Below, piece by piece: positions 44,133 through 54,793 of a stretch of DNA of 64,000 nt. Under the pieces are notes generated by a model, which did no database searches, was not told the origin of the DNA, and was given only the letters and a program-made list of their open reading frames with translations. The stretch spans positions 1-64,000 of the forward strand of contig JBGSRK010000009.1 in assembly GCA_041737595.1 (NCBI GenBank). The letters are read 5' to 3'. A program made the position numbers and the translations under genes. How positions within the stretch are numbered: position 1 is the stretch's first letter; each line of letters starts with the position of its first letter. Origin of the DNA: Patescibacteria group bacterium (GTDB lineage Bacteria; Patescibacteriota; CPR2; UBA1875).

Positions 44133-45362
44133 TTAAACAACAAATGTAAGGGCTTTACCGATAGAATCTGCACGGCCTGTTCTACCAATTCTGTGAACAT
44201 AATCATCGTAGGTTTGAGGAACAGTATAGTTTATTACGTGAGTAACTTCTTTTATATCAAGACCTCTTGCTGCAACATCAGTTGCAACTAAGATATCTAC
44301 TCGATTTTCCTTAAAATTATTAAGAGCTCTTTGTCTTTGACCTTGTCTTTTGTCTCCATGTATTGAATCAGCTTTAAAACCATGGCTAATAAGATCATTT
44401 GAAAGTTTTTCTACATCTCTTTTTGTTTCAGAAAATACTAAAACCTTATTTGCCCCTGGTTCACTCAGTAAATCTGTAAGTTTCCCAAATTTCATATCTT
44501 TACTTGTACGGATAACTTCTTGTTTTACATTATTCGAAATTTCTTGAGATTTAACTTGCACAACAATAGGGTTATTTGAGAATATTTCAATTAAAGATTT
44601 AATTTTAGGTGGCATTGTTGCTGAGAAAAATAGACTCTGTCTTTCCTTCGGAAGTTCATTTAACATAAATTTTATTTCATCAACAAAACCCATATCAAGC
44701 ATACGATCCACCTCATCAAGTATCACATTTTTAAAAGTATGAAGCCTTATTAAACCTCTATCAGTTAGGTCTTTAATACGTCCAGGTGTTCCAATTATAA
44801 AATTTGGATTATGATTTTTAATATCTCTGATTTGTCGTCCAATAGGCATACCTCCAACGCAAGATACATAAAAAATTCTCATTCTGTATGAAAATTCTCT
44901 GAGCTCTGTCTCAATTTGAAGAGCAAGCTCACGAGTCGGTGCTACTATTAATACTTTTTCAGTTCTATCTCTATATACTTTTTCAATCATAGGCAAAAGA
45001 AAAGCAGCTGTTTTACCAGTACCTGTATTTGCCATACCAATAAGATCTTTACCTTCAAGAATTGGTTTGATTGATTGATCTTGGATAGGTGTTGGAGTTC
45101 GATAGCCTTTATATTTAAGATTATCTTGTATCCCCACTGATAAATCAAAATCCAAAAAAGTATTTTTGATTACTGTTTTTACTTGCGGTTCTGCCGCTTT
45201 TTGAATCGCTTTTTGGATATAAGAATTTATATCAAGTTTACTTTCACCTCTTCGCCCTCGATTATATTTTGGGCTATAAGTGTTGTGACCTGGTCTGCTT
45301 CTGAAATTACTTTGAGTTCTACCTCTACTAAAACCGTTATTTGATCTTCTACTTCCTTGCAT
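44133..45362 (-). CDS. DEAD-box RNA helicase
   Basis: PTPIQ, TGTGKT, PTRELA, TPGR, DEVD, SAT, HRIGRTGR; start ATG 45362. Confidence 0.93.
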   Translation of the reverse strand: MQGSRRSNNGFSRGRTQSNFRSRPGHNTYSPKYNRGRRGESKLDINSYIQKAIQKAAEPQVKTVIKNTFLDFDLSVGIQDNLKYKGYRTPTPIQDQSIKPILEGKDLIGMANTGTGKTAAFLLPMIEKVYRDRTEKVLIVAPTRELALQIETELREFSYRMRIFYVSCVGGMPIGRQIRDIKNHNPNFIIGTPGRIKDLTDRGLIRLHTFKNVILDEVDRMLDMGFVDEIKFMLNELPKERQSLFFSATMPPKIKSLIEIFSNNPIVVQVKSQEISNNVKQEVIRTSKDMKFGKLTDLLSEPGANKVLVFSETKRDVEKLSNDLISHGFKADSIHGDKRQGQRQRALNNFKENRVDILVATDVAARGLDIKEVTHVINYTVPQTYDDYVHRIGRTGRADSIGKALTFVV

Positions 45363-45364
45363 AA

Positions 45365-45458
45365 AAAAAATTCCCGTCTCGACAAATTGTCGGATTATTA
45401 TTATTCTTTCTTTCAACAAGCTGCATAGAACGTCGAAAGAATAATACTTACGGAAATC
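45365..45458 (-). promoter_or_regulatory. Structured 5' leader of the helicase gene
   Basis: Nested stems ttccgt/acggga, tattattctttc/gaaagaataata and cgac-aattt-gtcg. Confidence 0.5.
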
Positions 45459-45506
45459 TACAAAACTTTATTGACTCGAGAATTATATCAACTTTTTTTA
45501 TGATTG

Positions 45507-46115
45507 TCAATAATACTTTATAATAGTTTCGATAACTCGGTCTAAACTTTTTTCAGAAATCATAATTTTATTTTTTTCTAAGGTTATTCTATTTTTATAA
45601 ACGTCTGTCCAAGGAATATGAATAAATAAAAAGGGTATAGGGTTTTCACTTTCTGATATTTTTTTGCTCAATAAATATATTAAAGTATTGCAAATAAACC
45701 CTTCAGAATTATTTGAAAGCTCTGCTCTTATACCAAATTTTTCTAATTCTTTTACTAGTTGGGGAATTTTCCCCGAAGTATAATAAAATTCTTTATCCCC
45801 CTTAATAATTGGAACCCCTGAAAATTGCCTGCCTTCAGAGTCCATATATTTACTATTTTTAACATTTCTTCCTCGTGTTTCAAATCTAATAGAAGGGACT
45901 CTAGATGCAAGGCCAAAAGATATAACAATATCAGGTTTGTTTTTTTTAATAAGATCAGATGCAACTTTTACGGCATCATTATAGGAACAAGGTAATACTT
46001 TACCAATAATAATACTCCCTGCTATTTCCTTCCCATTAAGTCGGTTAATTAGATCTTGTGTAGGGTTATATTTATAATCCCCAAATGGGTAAAAACCCGT
46101 TAAAAGTACTTTTAT
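45507..46115 (-). CDS. pcp: Pyroglutamyl-peptidase I (C15), apparent ATA start
   Basis: Open frame IKVLLTGFYPFG...NPT...LPCSY...PDIVISFG...RFE...FICN...FIHIP; GGAG 7 nt before ATA 46115; in-frame TAA at 46121-46119. Confidence 0.8.
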   Translation of the reverse strand: MKVLLTGFYPFGDYKYNPTQDLINRLNGKEIAGSIIIGKVLPCSYNDAVKVASDLIKKNKPDIVISFGLASRVPSIRFETRGRNVKNSKYMDSEGRQFSGVPIIKGDKEFYYTSGKIPQLVKELEKFGIRAELSNNSEGFICNTLIYLLSKKISESENPIPFLFIHIPWTDVYKNRITLEKNKIMISEKSLDRVIETIIKYY

Positions 46116-46136
46116 AATTTATCTCCAATACAAATA

Positions 46137-47246
46137 TTAAAAATTAAGAATGCTCTCAGGGGTTTCTCCACCTTGGCTTTTTATTTTTATCCCAGATTCT
46201 TTAACTATTGTTCCACAAACCTTTACCTTAAATTTATATTTTTCGGCTATTTCTTTTATTTTTTTATCTTCTGGCGCGATAATAAGCATACCTTGCCCCA
46301 TATTCCAAGTTTGATAAGCCTCCTTATCAGATACTTCTCCCATCTTTTGCATCTCTAACATTAGATCACATGGAGCAAAAAGATTTGGTAAATCTGCTCC
46401 TAGCCCTGATGGTCTTAAAATCCTGCCAAGTTTTCCTGGCACCCCTCCGCCTGTTACATGAACGACTCCATGGATTTCGGTTTTTGGCTCTTTTGAAAAA
46501 CCACCAGTAAGTTCACAAATAAATTTTGAATATATTTTAGAAGGCTCAAGTATTTTTTCTGCCAAATCTTCTTTTTTATGCCATTCATTTCCATAAGCAT
46601 TTGATAATATCTTTCTGGCTAAAGAAAGTCCATTTGATCTGAAACCACTTTCTGAAAGAGCAATAACCTTGTCCCCCTCTTTTATTTCATGGCCAGTAAA
46701 CATACGATCCTTTCTGGCAAACCAAACTAGACCAGCCCCCCAATTATAATTAAAATCACCATAGCCAGAAACTCTTGAACCAAGTTCTGCAAGTTCTCCA
46801 TTAATAACTGCAACATTTGCTTCTTTTGCAGCTGCAACATAACCGACGGCTAAATCTTTAAGAAAATTTTTAAATTCAACCCCATTTTTTGAAAGACAAT
46901 TTACGTCAAGGATTGAACCAATTAATACAGGTTCACCACCTCTCACTACTGCATCATCACAAACCATCGCAAAAAGATCATATGCAATTGTGTCATGTTT
47001 TCCGATTCTCTCACCTATTTCCATTTTTGTCCCAACACCATCAAAGCCAAGACACATTAATGAACCTTTTGGGAGTTCGCTTACATCAACTACTCTTACT
47101 CCGCTAAAATCGTCAAATGGGCTTATTACTTCACCAATTTCACCTTTCCGGTTTTCCCAAGTCAATTTAGCAGCTTGAAATAATACTTTTGAAGCATCAT
47201 CGCCTAATTCAATATCAACACCGGCATCTTTATAAGAAATTCCCAT
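46137..47246 (-). CDS. purM: AIR synthetase
   Basis: SYKDAGVDI, DGVGTK, AMVCDD, GELAE, GFRSNGLS, HVTGGG, NMGQG. Confidence 0.9.
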   Translation of the reverse strand: MGISYKDAGVDIELGDDASKVLFQAAKLTWENRKGEIGEVISPFDDFSGVRVVDVSELPKGSLMCLGFDGVGTKMEIGERIGKHDTIAYDLFAMVCDDAVVRGGEPVLIGSILDVNCLSKNGVEFKNFLKDLAVGYVAAAKEANVAVINGELAELGSRVSGYGDFNYNWGAGLVWFARKDRMFTGHEIKEGDKVIALSESGFRSNGLSLARKILSNAYGNEWHKKEDLAEKILEPSKIYSKFICELTGGFSKEPKTEIHGVVHVTGGGVPGKLGRILRPSGLGADLPNLFAPCDLMLEMQKMGEVSDKEAYQTWNMGQGMLIIAPEDKKIKEIAEKYKFKVKVCGTIVKESGIKIKSQGGETPESILNF

Positions 47247-47247
47247 T

Positions 47248-48063
47248 TTAATCCTTTTGTTTAAAATAATTTACTGCGTTTTCAAAAATCATAAGAGCGG
47301 GTTCATAAATTTCACTTATTGCTATTTTTCTTCTTCTCGCTTGCTCTCTTTTTTCATAATAATCAGGATGAGAAAGAAATGAAATTGATCTTTCAGGGTG
47401 AGGCATCATTCCAAGAATATGGCCTGTTTCGTCACAAATACCAGCCACATCTTCTAATGCCCCGTTTGGGTTAAATGGAAACTCACCTTCTGCTAAGGTG
47501 CTATCTTCTTTCACATACCTAAATACGACTTGATCTGAGTCATTCATTTTACTCATCATTTTTTCATCGGCATAAAAATTACCCTCACCATGTGCAATTG
47601 GAATATTCATTTCTTTTATACCTTTTGTAAAAACACAAATATTTGATTCAACCCTTATCTTAACCCAACGGCATTCAAACCTAGCCTTCTGATTATGGAG
47701 AAGGGCAACCTGTTTTTCTCCATACCCACCATTGGCTGCAGGAAGTAACCCTAAATTAACTAGAATTTGGAAACCATTGCATATTCCAATTATCAGATTA
47801 CCTCTCTTAATAAAATCTTTAATCTCTGTAAATAGGTTATTTTTTATTTTATTCGCAAAAGCTTTTCCAGAACCAGTATCATCACCATAAGAGAAACCAC
47901 CCGGGAAAACAAGAATCTGAGCACTTTTTAACTTTGATTTATCTTCTGTTAAATCATTTATATGAACAATTTCTACATCTGCACCAACCTTATTAAATGC
48001 AAAAGCAGTCTCCTCGTCACAATTTATCCCATATCCGGTGATTACAATTACTTTTGGTTTCAT
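47248..48063 (-). CDS. purQ: FGAM synthase glutaminase subunit
   Basis: GINCDEE, PGGFSYGD, GICNGFQ, AHGEG, MMPHPER. Confidence 0.95.
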   Translation of the reverse strand: MKPKVIVITGYGINCDEETAFAFNKVGADVEIVHINDLTEDKSKLKSAQILVFPGGFSYGDDTGSGKAFANKIKNNLFTEIKDFIKRGNLIIGICNGFQILVNLGLLPAANGGYGEKQVALLHNQKARFECRWVKIRVESNICVFTKGIKEMNIPIAHGEGNFYADEKMMSKMNDSDQVVFRYVKEDSTLAEGEFPFNPNGALEDVAGICDETGHILGMMPHPERSISFLSHPDYYEKREQARRRKIAISEIYEPALMIFENAVNYFKQKD

Positions 48064-51000
48064 TTAATAGTCCTTTAATGTTTTATGATAATTATTTTGA
48101 AGATCATTTATTAATAAATTAATTATTTTTTCCCCATTACTATTTATTATAAATCGGTTATTATCTGAAACCTCGCCAATAAATGTAGCGTCCACTGAAA
48201 ACAATTTTTCAAATTCTTCTTTATTTTCCTTTGCTATACTTACTAAAAATCTACTCTGTGTTTCAGAAAATAAATATTGATCCTTTTTTATTGTTTTTTC
48301 ATCAGTATTTATATCTATTTTTACCCCTAAATTACTAGATATCGTACTTTTTGCAAGAGCTACCCCAATACCACCTCTCTCAATACTAATCGACGAAGCT
48401 AATAGCCCCCTTTTTATAGCAATGGTAACTTTTTGGTATCTTTCTTTTGCAACTTTGGCATCAACTTTTGGAGAAGTATTCCCAATCGCGCCGAGTAATT
48501 TATAATATTCACTTCCACCTAATTCATCCTTTGTTTCTCCAATAACATATATTAAATCACCAGGAGTTTTAAAAGCTATATCTATAGTTTCAGAAACATC
48601 ATCTATAACCCCTATTGAAGATATTAACAGAGTTGGCGGGACTGATATTTTTATTTTATTATCTGAATCATCTTCATACCCAACAAAATCATTAAACATA
48701 CTGTCTTTCCCGGAAATAAATGGTGTTTCAAAGGCAACTGAATAATCATAACAAGCCTTAACAGCTTCTTTTAGTTGACCTAATCTTTCTGGCTCATTTG
48801 AACTACACCAACAGAAATTATCTAAAAGAGCTAATTTATTAATATCACCACCGGCAGAAATTGCATTTCTTATAGCAGTATCAATTGTACAAGCAGCCAT
48901 GTGGTAAGTGTCTATTTCTGAAAGATTTGGGTATAAGGCTTGTGAAAGTACTACTCCTTTTTTTGAATCAAGCCTTGGTCTTGTTATTGTAGTTGTCGAA
49001 TTCACTCTACCTTTACCTTGAAGTGGTTTTAAAACCGAACCTCCTTGTACTTCATGATCATATTGGGTAGAGATAAATTCAAAAGAAGATATATTTAATG
49101 TCGAGAGTATATCACAAATTATTTTATCTAGATCTGTTGGGAATTTGTCTGGTTCTGGATTTATTTTTTTTTGATATGAAGATGTGAGAACTTTATCAGG
49201 GAGACCATCATGAAGAAAGTCCATACTAATATCCATAATTACATTATTATTGAATTTAACAATACATTTCCCGTTATTTTTAAATTCTCCTATAATTGTT
49301 GCTTCTACTCCTCTTTTTTTCATTAATATATCGAAAGAATTCCATTTTTCTTTTGGAACTGAAAGAGTCATTCTTTCTTGAGATTCAGAAATCCAAATTT
49401 CCCAAGGTTTAAGACCAGGATACTTTAATGGAACCTTTTCTAAATCAACAACACACCCACCACATTCTTTTGCCATTTCAGCTACCGAACAAGAAATCCC
49501 ACCTGCCCCGTTATCTGTAATACTTGTATATAAATCTAAATCTCTTGCTTCTTTTACAATTGCATCAGAAAGCTTTTTTTGTGTTATTGGATCTCCAATT
49601 TGGACTGCAGTTGCAGGACTCCCAGAATCCATTGCTTCAGATGAAAAAGTAGCACCATGGATACCATCTGCCCCAACCTTGCCGCCAATCATTACAATAT
49701 AATCACCAGACTGTGCTTGTTTTTTTGTACTATCTTTCCTATTTATTGTCCGAGGGATTAACCCAACCGTACCAACAAAAACTAGTGGCTTTCCTCGATA
49801 TTTTTCATCAAAGTAAATAAATCCCTGAGGACTAGGTATTCCAGAACAATTTCCACCGACATTAACCCCTGAAATTACACCTTCCATTATTTTCCTTGGG
49901 CTAAGCATTTTTTGAGTTTTATTTGACCCTTTATAAAGTTTTCTTTCGTCTCTTGGATCAGCAAAACAAAATCCATAACGATTAATAACTGGTTTTGCTC
50001 CCATACCAAACCCAATTGTGTCACGATTAACTCCGACTATCCCAGTAATTGCTCCTCCGAAAGGATCAAGAGCAGAAGGGGAATTATGTGTCTCAACCTT
50101 ATCTGTAATTAAATATTCATCGTCAAATATAATCCCACCAGAATTATCAACAAAAACTGAAACACAAATATCATTCTTCCCTTTTTTCTTTCTAATTTCC
50201 TGGGTAGCTTTTTTAATGTAATCTTTGTAAAGCCCCCCTTTAATTTCATCTAAAGAAGCAGCAAAAATAGTATGTTTACAATGTTCTGACCAGGTTTGTG
50301 CAAGAGATTCAATTTCAATATCGGTTGGTATGCGTTTTTCTTTATTAAAATATTTTTTAATTTCTTTTAGTGATTCAAGATCAAGTGCTAAGGGGCCCCT
50401 TCTTGAACCATCTTTGTTTAAAACACCCTCTTTTCCCAGTTTTGTAAGTTCTTCATCTGAAAGATCTAAAGAAACTAAATCAGTAGTTTGACCTAATTCA
50501 AGTTTGACTAAAGGAGTTGAGATACCCATACCATTGTTTTTGATATAATCATTCTTAGATAAAAGTTGGGCTCTTTGAATAAGTGGGTTATAAAGTGATT
50601 CAGAAATTTCTTTTTGTTTATCAATTTCACCACTTATAAGATATAAAAATGATGAATATACAGACTCCTCATTCTTAAAATCACAATTTATTGATTCCGA
50701 AATTTCCTCTTTAATAGTAGTTGCAATATTATCAGTTACTCCCGGTAAAAAACCTATTTCAATTGCAAAATCAAAGTTTTCTATACTAGTTGGCTCATCA
50801 ATTTTTATCTCTTCATTTACTGAATTAAGTAATAGATCGGTGATTTTTTTAAGCTCATTTTGGCTAAAATCTTTTGCTATAGTATAAACATTAATAATTT
50901 TTACATTAGATATTTTGAATCCAAGAGATTTTAAATCAGCAAGTAGTGTTTCAGACCTGCCATCATGAATTTTTGATTTTATTTCTACCCTGTGTCCCAT
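48064..51000 (-). CDS. purL: FGAM synthase synthetase subunit with N-terminal PurS-like region
   Basis: QTWSEHCKH, KVETHNSPS, DGIHGATFSS, DNGAGG, SESQERM, ISGKDS. Confidence 0.95.
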   Translation of the reverse strand: MGHRVEIKSKIHDGRSETLLADLKSLGFKISNVKIINVYTIAKDFSQNELKKITDLLLNSVNEEIKIDEPTSIENFDFAIEIGFLPGVTDNIATTIKEEISESINCDFKNEESVYSSFLYLISGEIDKQKEISESLYNPLIQRAQLLSKNDYIKNNGMGISTPLVKLELGQTTDLVSLDLSDEELTKLGKEGVLNKDGSRRGPLALDLESLKEIKKYFNKEKRIPTDIEIESLAQTWSEHCKHTIFAASLDEIKGGLYKDYIKKATQEIRKKKGKNDICVSVFVDNSGGIIFDDEYLITDKVETHNSPSALDPFGGAITGIVGVNRDTIGFGMGAKPVINRYGFCFADPRDERKLYKGSNKTQKMLSPRKIMEGVISGVNVGGNCSGIPSPQGFIYFDEKYRGKPLVFVGTVGLIPRTINRKDSTKKQAQSGDYIVMIGGKVGADGIHGATFSSEAMDSGSPATAVQIGDPITQKKLSDAIVKEARDLDLYTSITDNGAGGISCSVAEMAKECGGCVVDLEKVPLKYPGLKPWEIWISESQERMTLSVPKEKWNSFDILMKKRGVEATIIGEFKNNGKCIVKFNNNVIMDISMDFLHDGLPDKVLTSSYQKKINPEPDKFPTDLDKIICDILSTLNISSFEFISTQYDHEVQGGSVLKPLQGKGRVNSTTTITRPRLDSKKGVVLSQALYPNLSEIDTYHMAACTIDTAIRNAISAGGDINKLALLDNFCWCSSNEPERLGQLKEAVKACYDYSVAFETPFISGKDSMFNDFVGYEDDSDNKIKISVPPTLLISSIGVIDDVSETIDIAFKTPGDLIYVIGETKDELGGSEYYKLLGAIGNTSPKVDAKVAKERYQKVTIAIKRGLLASSISIERGGIGVALAKSTISSNLGVKIDINTDEKTIKKDQYLFSETQSRFLVSIAKENKEEFEKLFSVDATFIGEVSDNNRFIINSNGEKIINLLINDLQNNYHKTLKDY

Positions 51001-51167
51001 CTATATTTATTTAATCACAGTTTTTATTTATTAAGAAGCTTTTTAAGGTTATTGGATATTTCGACCATTTACAGCTTATGGTTCTGATGATAGAATGTCT
51101 CCACGTGAATATAGGATATGGATCCGTACTCAGGTTCCTAAAAACCGAAAGGCAAGGTGAATATCTA

Positions 51168-52079
51168 ATGAACGAAGATAGGACTGGCTTTCAACCTGAT
51201 CATAGGGGGAAAGTCAGAGATATCTACGATCTTGGGGACAGACTTCTCCTAATCGCTACCGATCGAGCTTCGTCGTTTGATGTTGTTCTCCCTGGCACGA
51301 TTCCTGGGCGCGGGGTGATTCTCACCAAGATCTCGAAGTTCTGGCTTGAGGGTCCACTCGCAGATATCGTCCCTAACCACCTTCTGAGCACCAATATCCT
51401 CGATCTTCCAGCTGACTTCCTGATGCAGTTCACTTCTGATGAAGTGGACTATCTCGAAGGTAGAATCATGATCGCGAAAAAGGCCAAGGTTTTCCCTGTC
51501 GAATGTATTGTCAGGGGATATTTGGCCGGCTCAGGTCTCAAGGAGTACAACAATCAAGGGACCGTTTGCGGGATCGTTCTTCCTACTGGTTTGGTCAATT
51601 CCGACAAACTGCCGGAACCGATCTTTACTCCGTCAACCAAGGCCGAGGCAGGCTCCCACGACGAAAACATCACTTTTGGGCAGATGTGTCGCATTGTCGG
51701 CGAGTCAGTCGCAGTAGAACTCAAGCGGCTCTCTCTCGAACTCTACAACAGAGCGGCCGAACACGCTCTGGTACGAGGTGTCATCATTGCCGATACCAAG
51801 TTCGAGTTCGGAATCATCAACGACGAGATCATGTTGATCGACGAAGTTCTGACCCCTGACTCATCTCGGTTCTGGCCTCTCGATGAGTACGAGCCAGGTC
51901 GGGAGCAGAACAGCTTCGACAAGCAGATCCTGAGGAACTACCTTACGGGTCTCAAGAAGCAAGGTCTGTGGAATGGAGAAGCCCCTGGGCCTGTCATTTC
52001 TCAAGAGATCGTCGAACAGACTATCGCACGCTATCGCGAAGTCTACGGGAGAATCACCGGTCATACCTATATGGTCTGA
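51168..52079 (+). CDS. purC: SAICAR synthetase (GC-rich, probably horizontally acquired)
   Basis: RGKVRDIY, ATDR.S.FDV, PVECIVRGYLAGS, FTPSTKA, IADTKFEFG, DEVLTPDSSRFW; start ATG 51168. Confidence 0.96.
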   Translation: MNEDRTGFQPDHRGKVRDIYDLGDRLLLIATDRASSFDVVLPGTIPGRGVILTKISKFWLEGPLADIVPNHLLSTNILDLPADFLMQFTSDEVDYLEGRIMIAKKAKVFPVECIVRGYLAGSGLKEYNNQGTVCGIVLPTGLVNSDKLPEPIFTPSTKAEAGSHDENITFGQMCRIVGESVAVELKRLSLELYNRAAEHALVRGVIIADTKFEFGIINDEIMLIDEVLTPDSSRFWPLDEYEPGREQNSFDKQILRNYLTGLKKQGLWNGEAPGPVISQEIVEQTIARYREVYGRITGHTYMV

Positions 52080-52112
52080 CACCAACCCCTCAGAAGAAAG
52101 TGCTCCATGAAG

Positions 52113-52137
52113 GACCTCTCGCGCGAGGGGTTCTTTA
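52113..52137 (+). terminator. Terminator after purC
   Basis: gacctctcgc/gcgaggggtt hairpin followed by ctttattattt. Confidence 0.55.
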
Positions 52138-52145
52138 TTATTTAT

Positions 52146-52889
52146 TTATCTAACTATATCCCAATCAGATTCTTTATCATTTTTTAAAATAACTCTGTAA
52201 AAATAACTTTTCATTCTTTTAACGAGTTGTGAAAAAAATCTCCCTTGAAAACGACGATAACTAGTTTCTAGAATTAATTTGGGACAATATTTAATTTTTC
52301 CTATTTCTTTTACTCTTAAAGATAAATCAACATCTTCAAGTGCGCTAATTTCGGGGTTAAACCCCCTTGACTTTAAATAGGCTTTTTTTGTAATCGCAAA
52401 GTTTAAACCCCGAAAAGCATACCCCCGATTAAATATTCGATGGATATAATCGAAAAATATCATGGCAGACCGGAAAGAAAAATTAAATATATCGCTCTTA
52501 TCAAAAAATCTATATGTCCCAACTGTTCCTACATATCTGTTATCATTTATATTATTATAAATTTTTATTAGCCAATCTGACGGTAGAACTGTATCTGCAT
52601 CAGTGCTCGCAATAATTTCACTTTTGACCTTAGTAAAACCTTTTTTCCGAGCAGAACCAATCCCTTGTTTTTTCTCTTTTACAATCTTTAGGGTTGGTAA
52701 TTTTTTTTTGTATTTATTTATTATTTCTAAAGTTTTATCAGTTGAATTATTATCAACTAGAATTAGTTCATATGATACCTCTTTAGAAAGATTTAATATC
52801 GAATTCAAGAGATGTATTATAGATTTCTCTTCATTATAGAATGGTATAACAATAGATATTTTTGGACTATTTTGTAAATTCATCTTCAT
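52146..52889 (-). CDS. Glycosyltransferase family 2
   Basis: [28 protein letters not shown]; exact start uncertain (52889 or 52883). Confidence 0.88.
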   Translation of the reverse strand: MKMNLQNSPKISIVIPFYNEEKSIIHLLNSILNLSKEVSYELILVDNNSTDKTLEIINKYKKKLPTLKIVKEKKQGIGSARKKGFTKVKSEIIASTDADTVLPSDWLIKIYNNINDNRYVGTVGTYRFFDKSDIFNFSFRSAMIFFDYIHRIFNRGYAFRGLNFAITKKAYLKSRGFNPEISALEDVDLSLRVKEIGKIKYCPKLILETSYRRFQGRFFSQLVKRMKSYFYRVILKNDKESDWDIVR

Positions 52890-54663
52890 TGCCTGCTTGA
52901 TGCCCCCAAAGTTTTGCATATAAACCATCTAATTTAATCAACTCTTCATGGGTACCATCTTGAACAATTTTCCCCTTATCAAGAACTAGTATTCTATCAA
53001 GATGTTTAATAGTTGAAAGCCTATGGGCAATAACAAGCGCTGTTTTATCTTTCATAAGTTCCCACAAACCTTCTTGAATATATTTTTCTAATTCAGAATC
53101 ATGTGAACTTGTAGCTTCGTCTAAAACAAGTATTGGGGCTTTTTTTAATAGGGCCCTTGCAATTGCTACTCTTTGTCTTTGCCCCCCACTTAGTTTAATT
53201 CAACGTTCTCCTACTAATGTATTATAGCCTTCAGGTAGTAAATTAATAAATTCATCAGCATGTGCAATTTTTGCAGCTTTTAAAATATCTTTTTTTGATG
53301 CATTTTCATCTCCGTATGAAATATTCTCCAAAAGAGAACGATGGAAAAGTAGTGGTTCTTGCGGAACGTAAGAAATTGCTTCTCTGAGAGAAATTTGGGT
53401 AACTTCTTTAATTGGTTGGTTATCAATAGTTATTTCCCCCGATTCAGAATCTATAAATCTTAAAATCATCTTTGTTATAGTTGTCTTTCCACCACCACTT
53501 GGTCCGACAAGCCCAACTTTTTCTTTTTTCTTAATATCTAAACTAAAATTGTTTAAAAAACACTCTCCATCTTTTCCATTATCACAATATTTAAAATTAA
53601 CATCCGAAAAAGAAATATTTCCATCTATAACTTTTAAATCTTTCGCACAATCAATATCTTTAATTGATGGCGGATCTACAAATAGTTGAGTAAATTCAGC
53701 AGCTTCACTTATAGAAGATTCTGTATTACGATAAATTTTACTAATATTCCAAAATATTCTCGTAATTTGAGCATAATAAGAGAAAACAACTACAATCGCG
53801 CCAGCATTTAAATTAAGGGACTGAGCAAAAAATATTGCCGCAAAAAGCCCAATTGCGTTTGTAAAAACATAAAATGGAGAAACAATTGAATCATAACGTA
53901 AATTTTGAAAATCTGCAGTTTGTTTGAATTTGTTAGTAAATTTATCTACATGTTTACCAAAAATTTTATATTCTTGATTTTCTTTTGCAAAAGACTTAAC
54001 TGCAAGAATATTTGTGAGTGAATCTGATAATCTCCCAACCATTTTACTGCTTGCATCATGTCTTTCTGTAACTAATTTTACTCTTTTTTTAATGAGAGGA
54101 ATGGCGATGAAAACCAATATAGACAAACAAAATAATAATATAGTTGGTATCCAAGGTGAATATCTCCATAAGACAAAAAAGACAAAAAAGACCGGAAGGA
54201 TTTCTGAAACAATATTAAAACTCAAAGTATCAGTCACGGTTTCAAAATTTCTTGAATAGGAAGCAGCCTTTTTTGTAAGTGTTCCAACAAAATTATTCGA
54301 ATAAAAATCATAATCTCTTTCAGCTAATAATGAAAAAGATTTTTTTGATAAGTTATTAATCCCTTTAGTTTCAATTTTAATAATAAAATGTATTCCAACC
54401 CGCCAAAATATTTCCCCGATTAACCAACCTCCGGCAAAAAGGAAAATATAACCTAAAGAATCAGAAAGTAAAATTTGCTGTTTTTCATTAAAAATATCAA
54501 TCAGCTTTGCAATTATTAAAGGTGGGACATAAAAAACAAAAATATTACCAAAACCAGGTGAAAAAAGAGCTATTAGTGTTTGAAATGGAAAACTACGTAA
54601 TTGAACCCAATAATCACTAATAACCTGGTTGACTGCTTTTTTTGTAATTAACTTTTCTGCCAT
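52867..54663 (-). pseudogene. ABC exporter (TMD+NBD) interrupted by an in-frame TGA
   Basis: ...LVGER-TGA(53202-53200)[16 protein letters not shown]...[13 protein letters not shown]...AHRLSTI...; one frame, 599 codons. Confidence 0.8.
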
Positions 54664-54793
54664 TTTATACCTTTATTTTTTATATAAACTAAATTATAAC
54701 AACAAACAGGAACGTAGCAAAGATAAACAAAAAAGATCTACTTTTAGGTTTTGTTAAATATCGAGATATTTTGTAAATAATCTTTTAGTTTAG

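Noticed and set aside
45507-45964. Frameshifted pcp pseudogene suggested by two overlapping short ORFs
   Set aside because: Manual translation gives one continuous frame from 46115; ORF 45755-45964 is an off-frame artefact.
51095-51167. Purine or ZTP riboswitch upstream of purC
   Set aside because: Only a superficial ATATGG match; the TTTCTACC/CCGTAAA core and the ZTP pseudoknot motifs are absent.
52867-54663. Genetic code 25 (TGA=Gly) for the whole genome
   Set aside because: Only one in-frame TGA was seen; TGA ends several genes with ATGA coupling, and the other long ORFs are intact under code 11.
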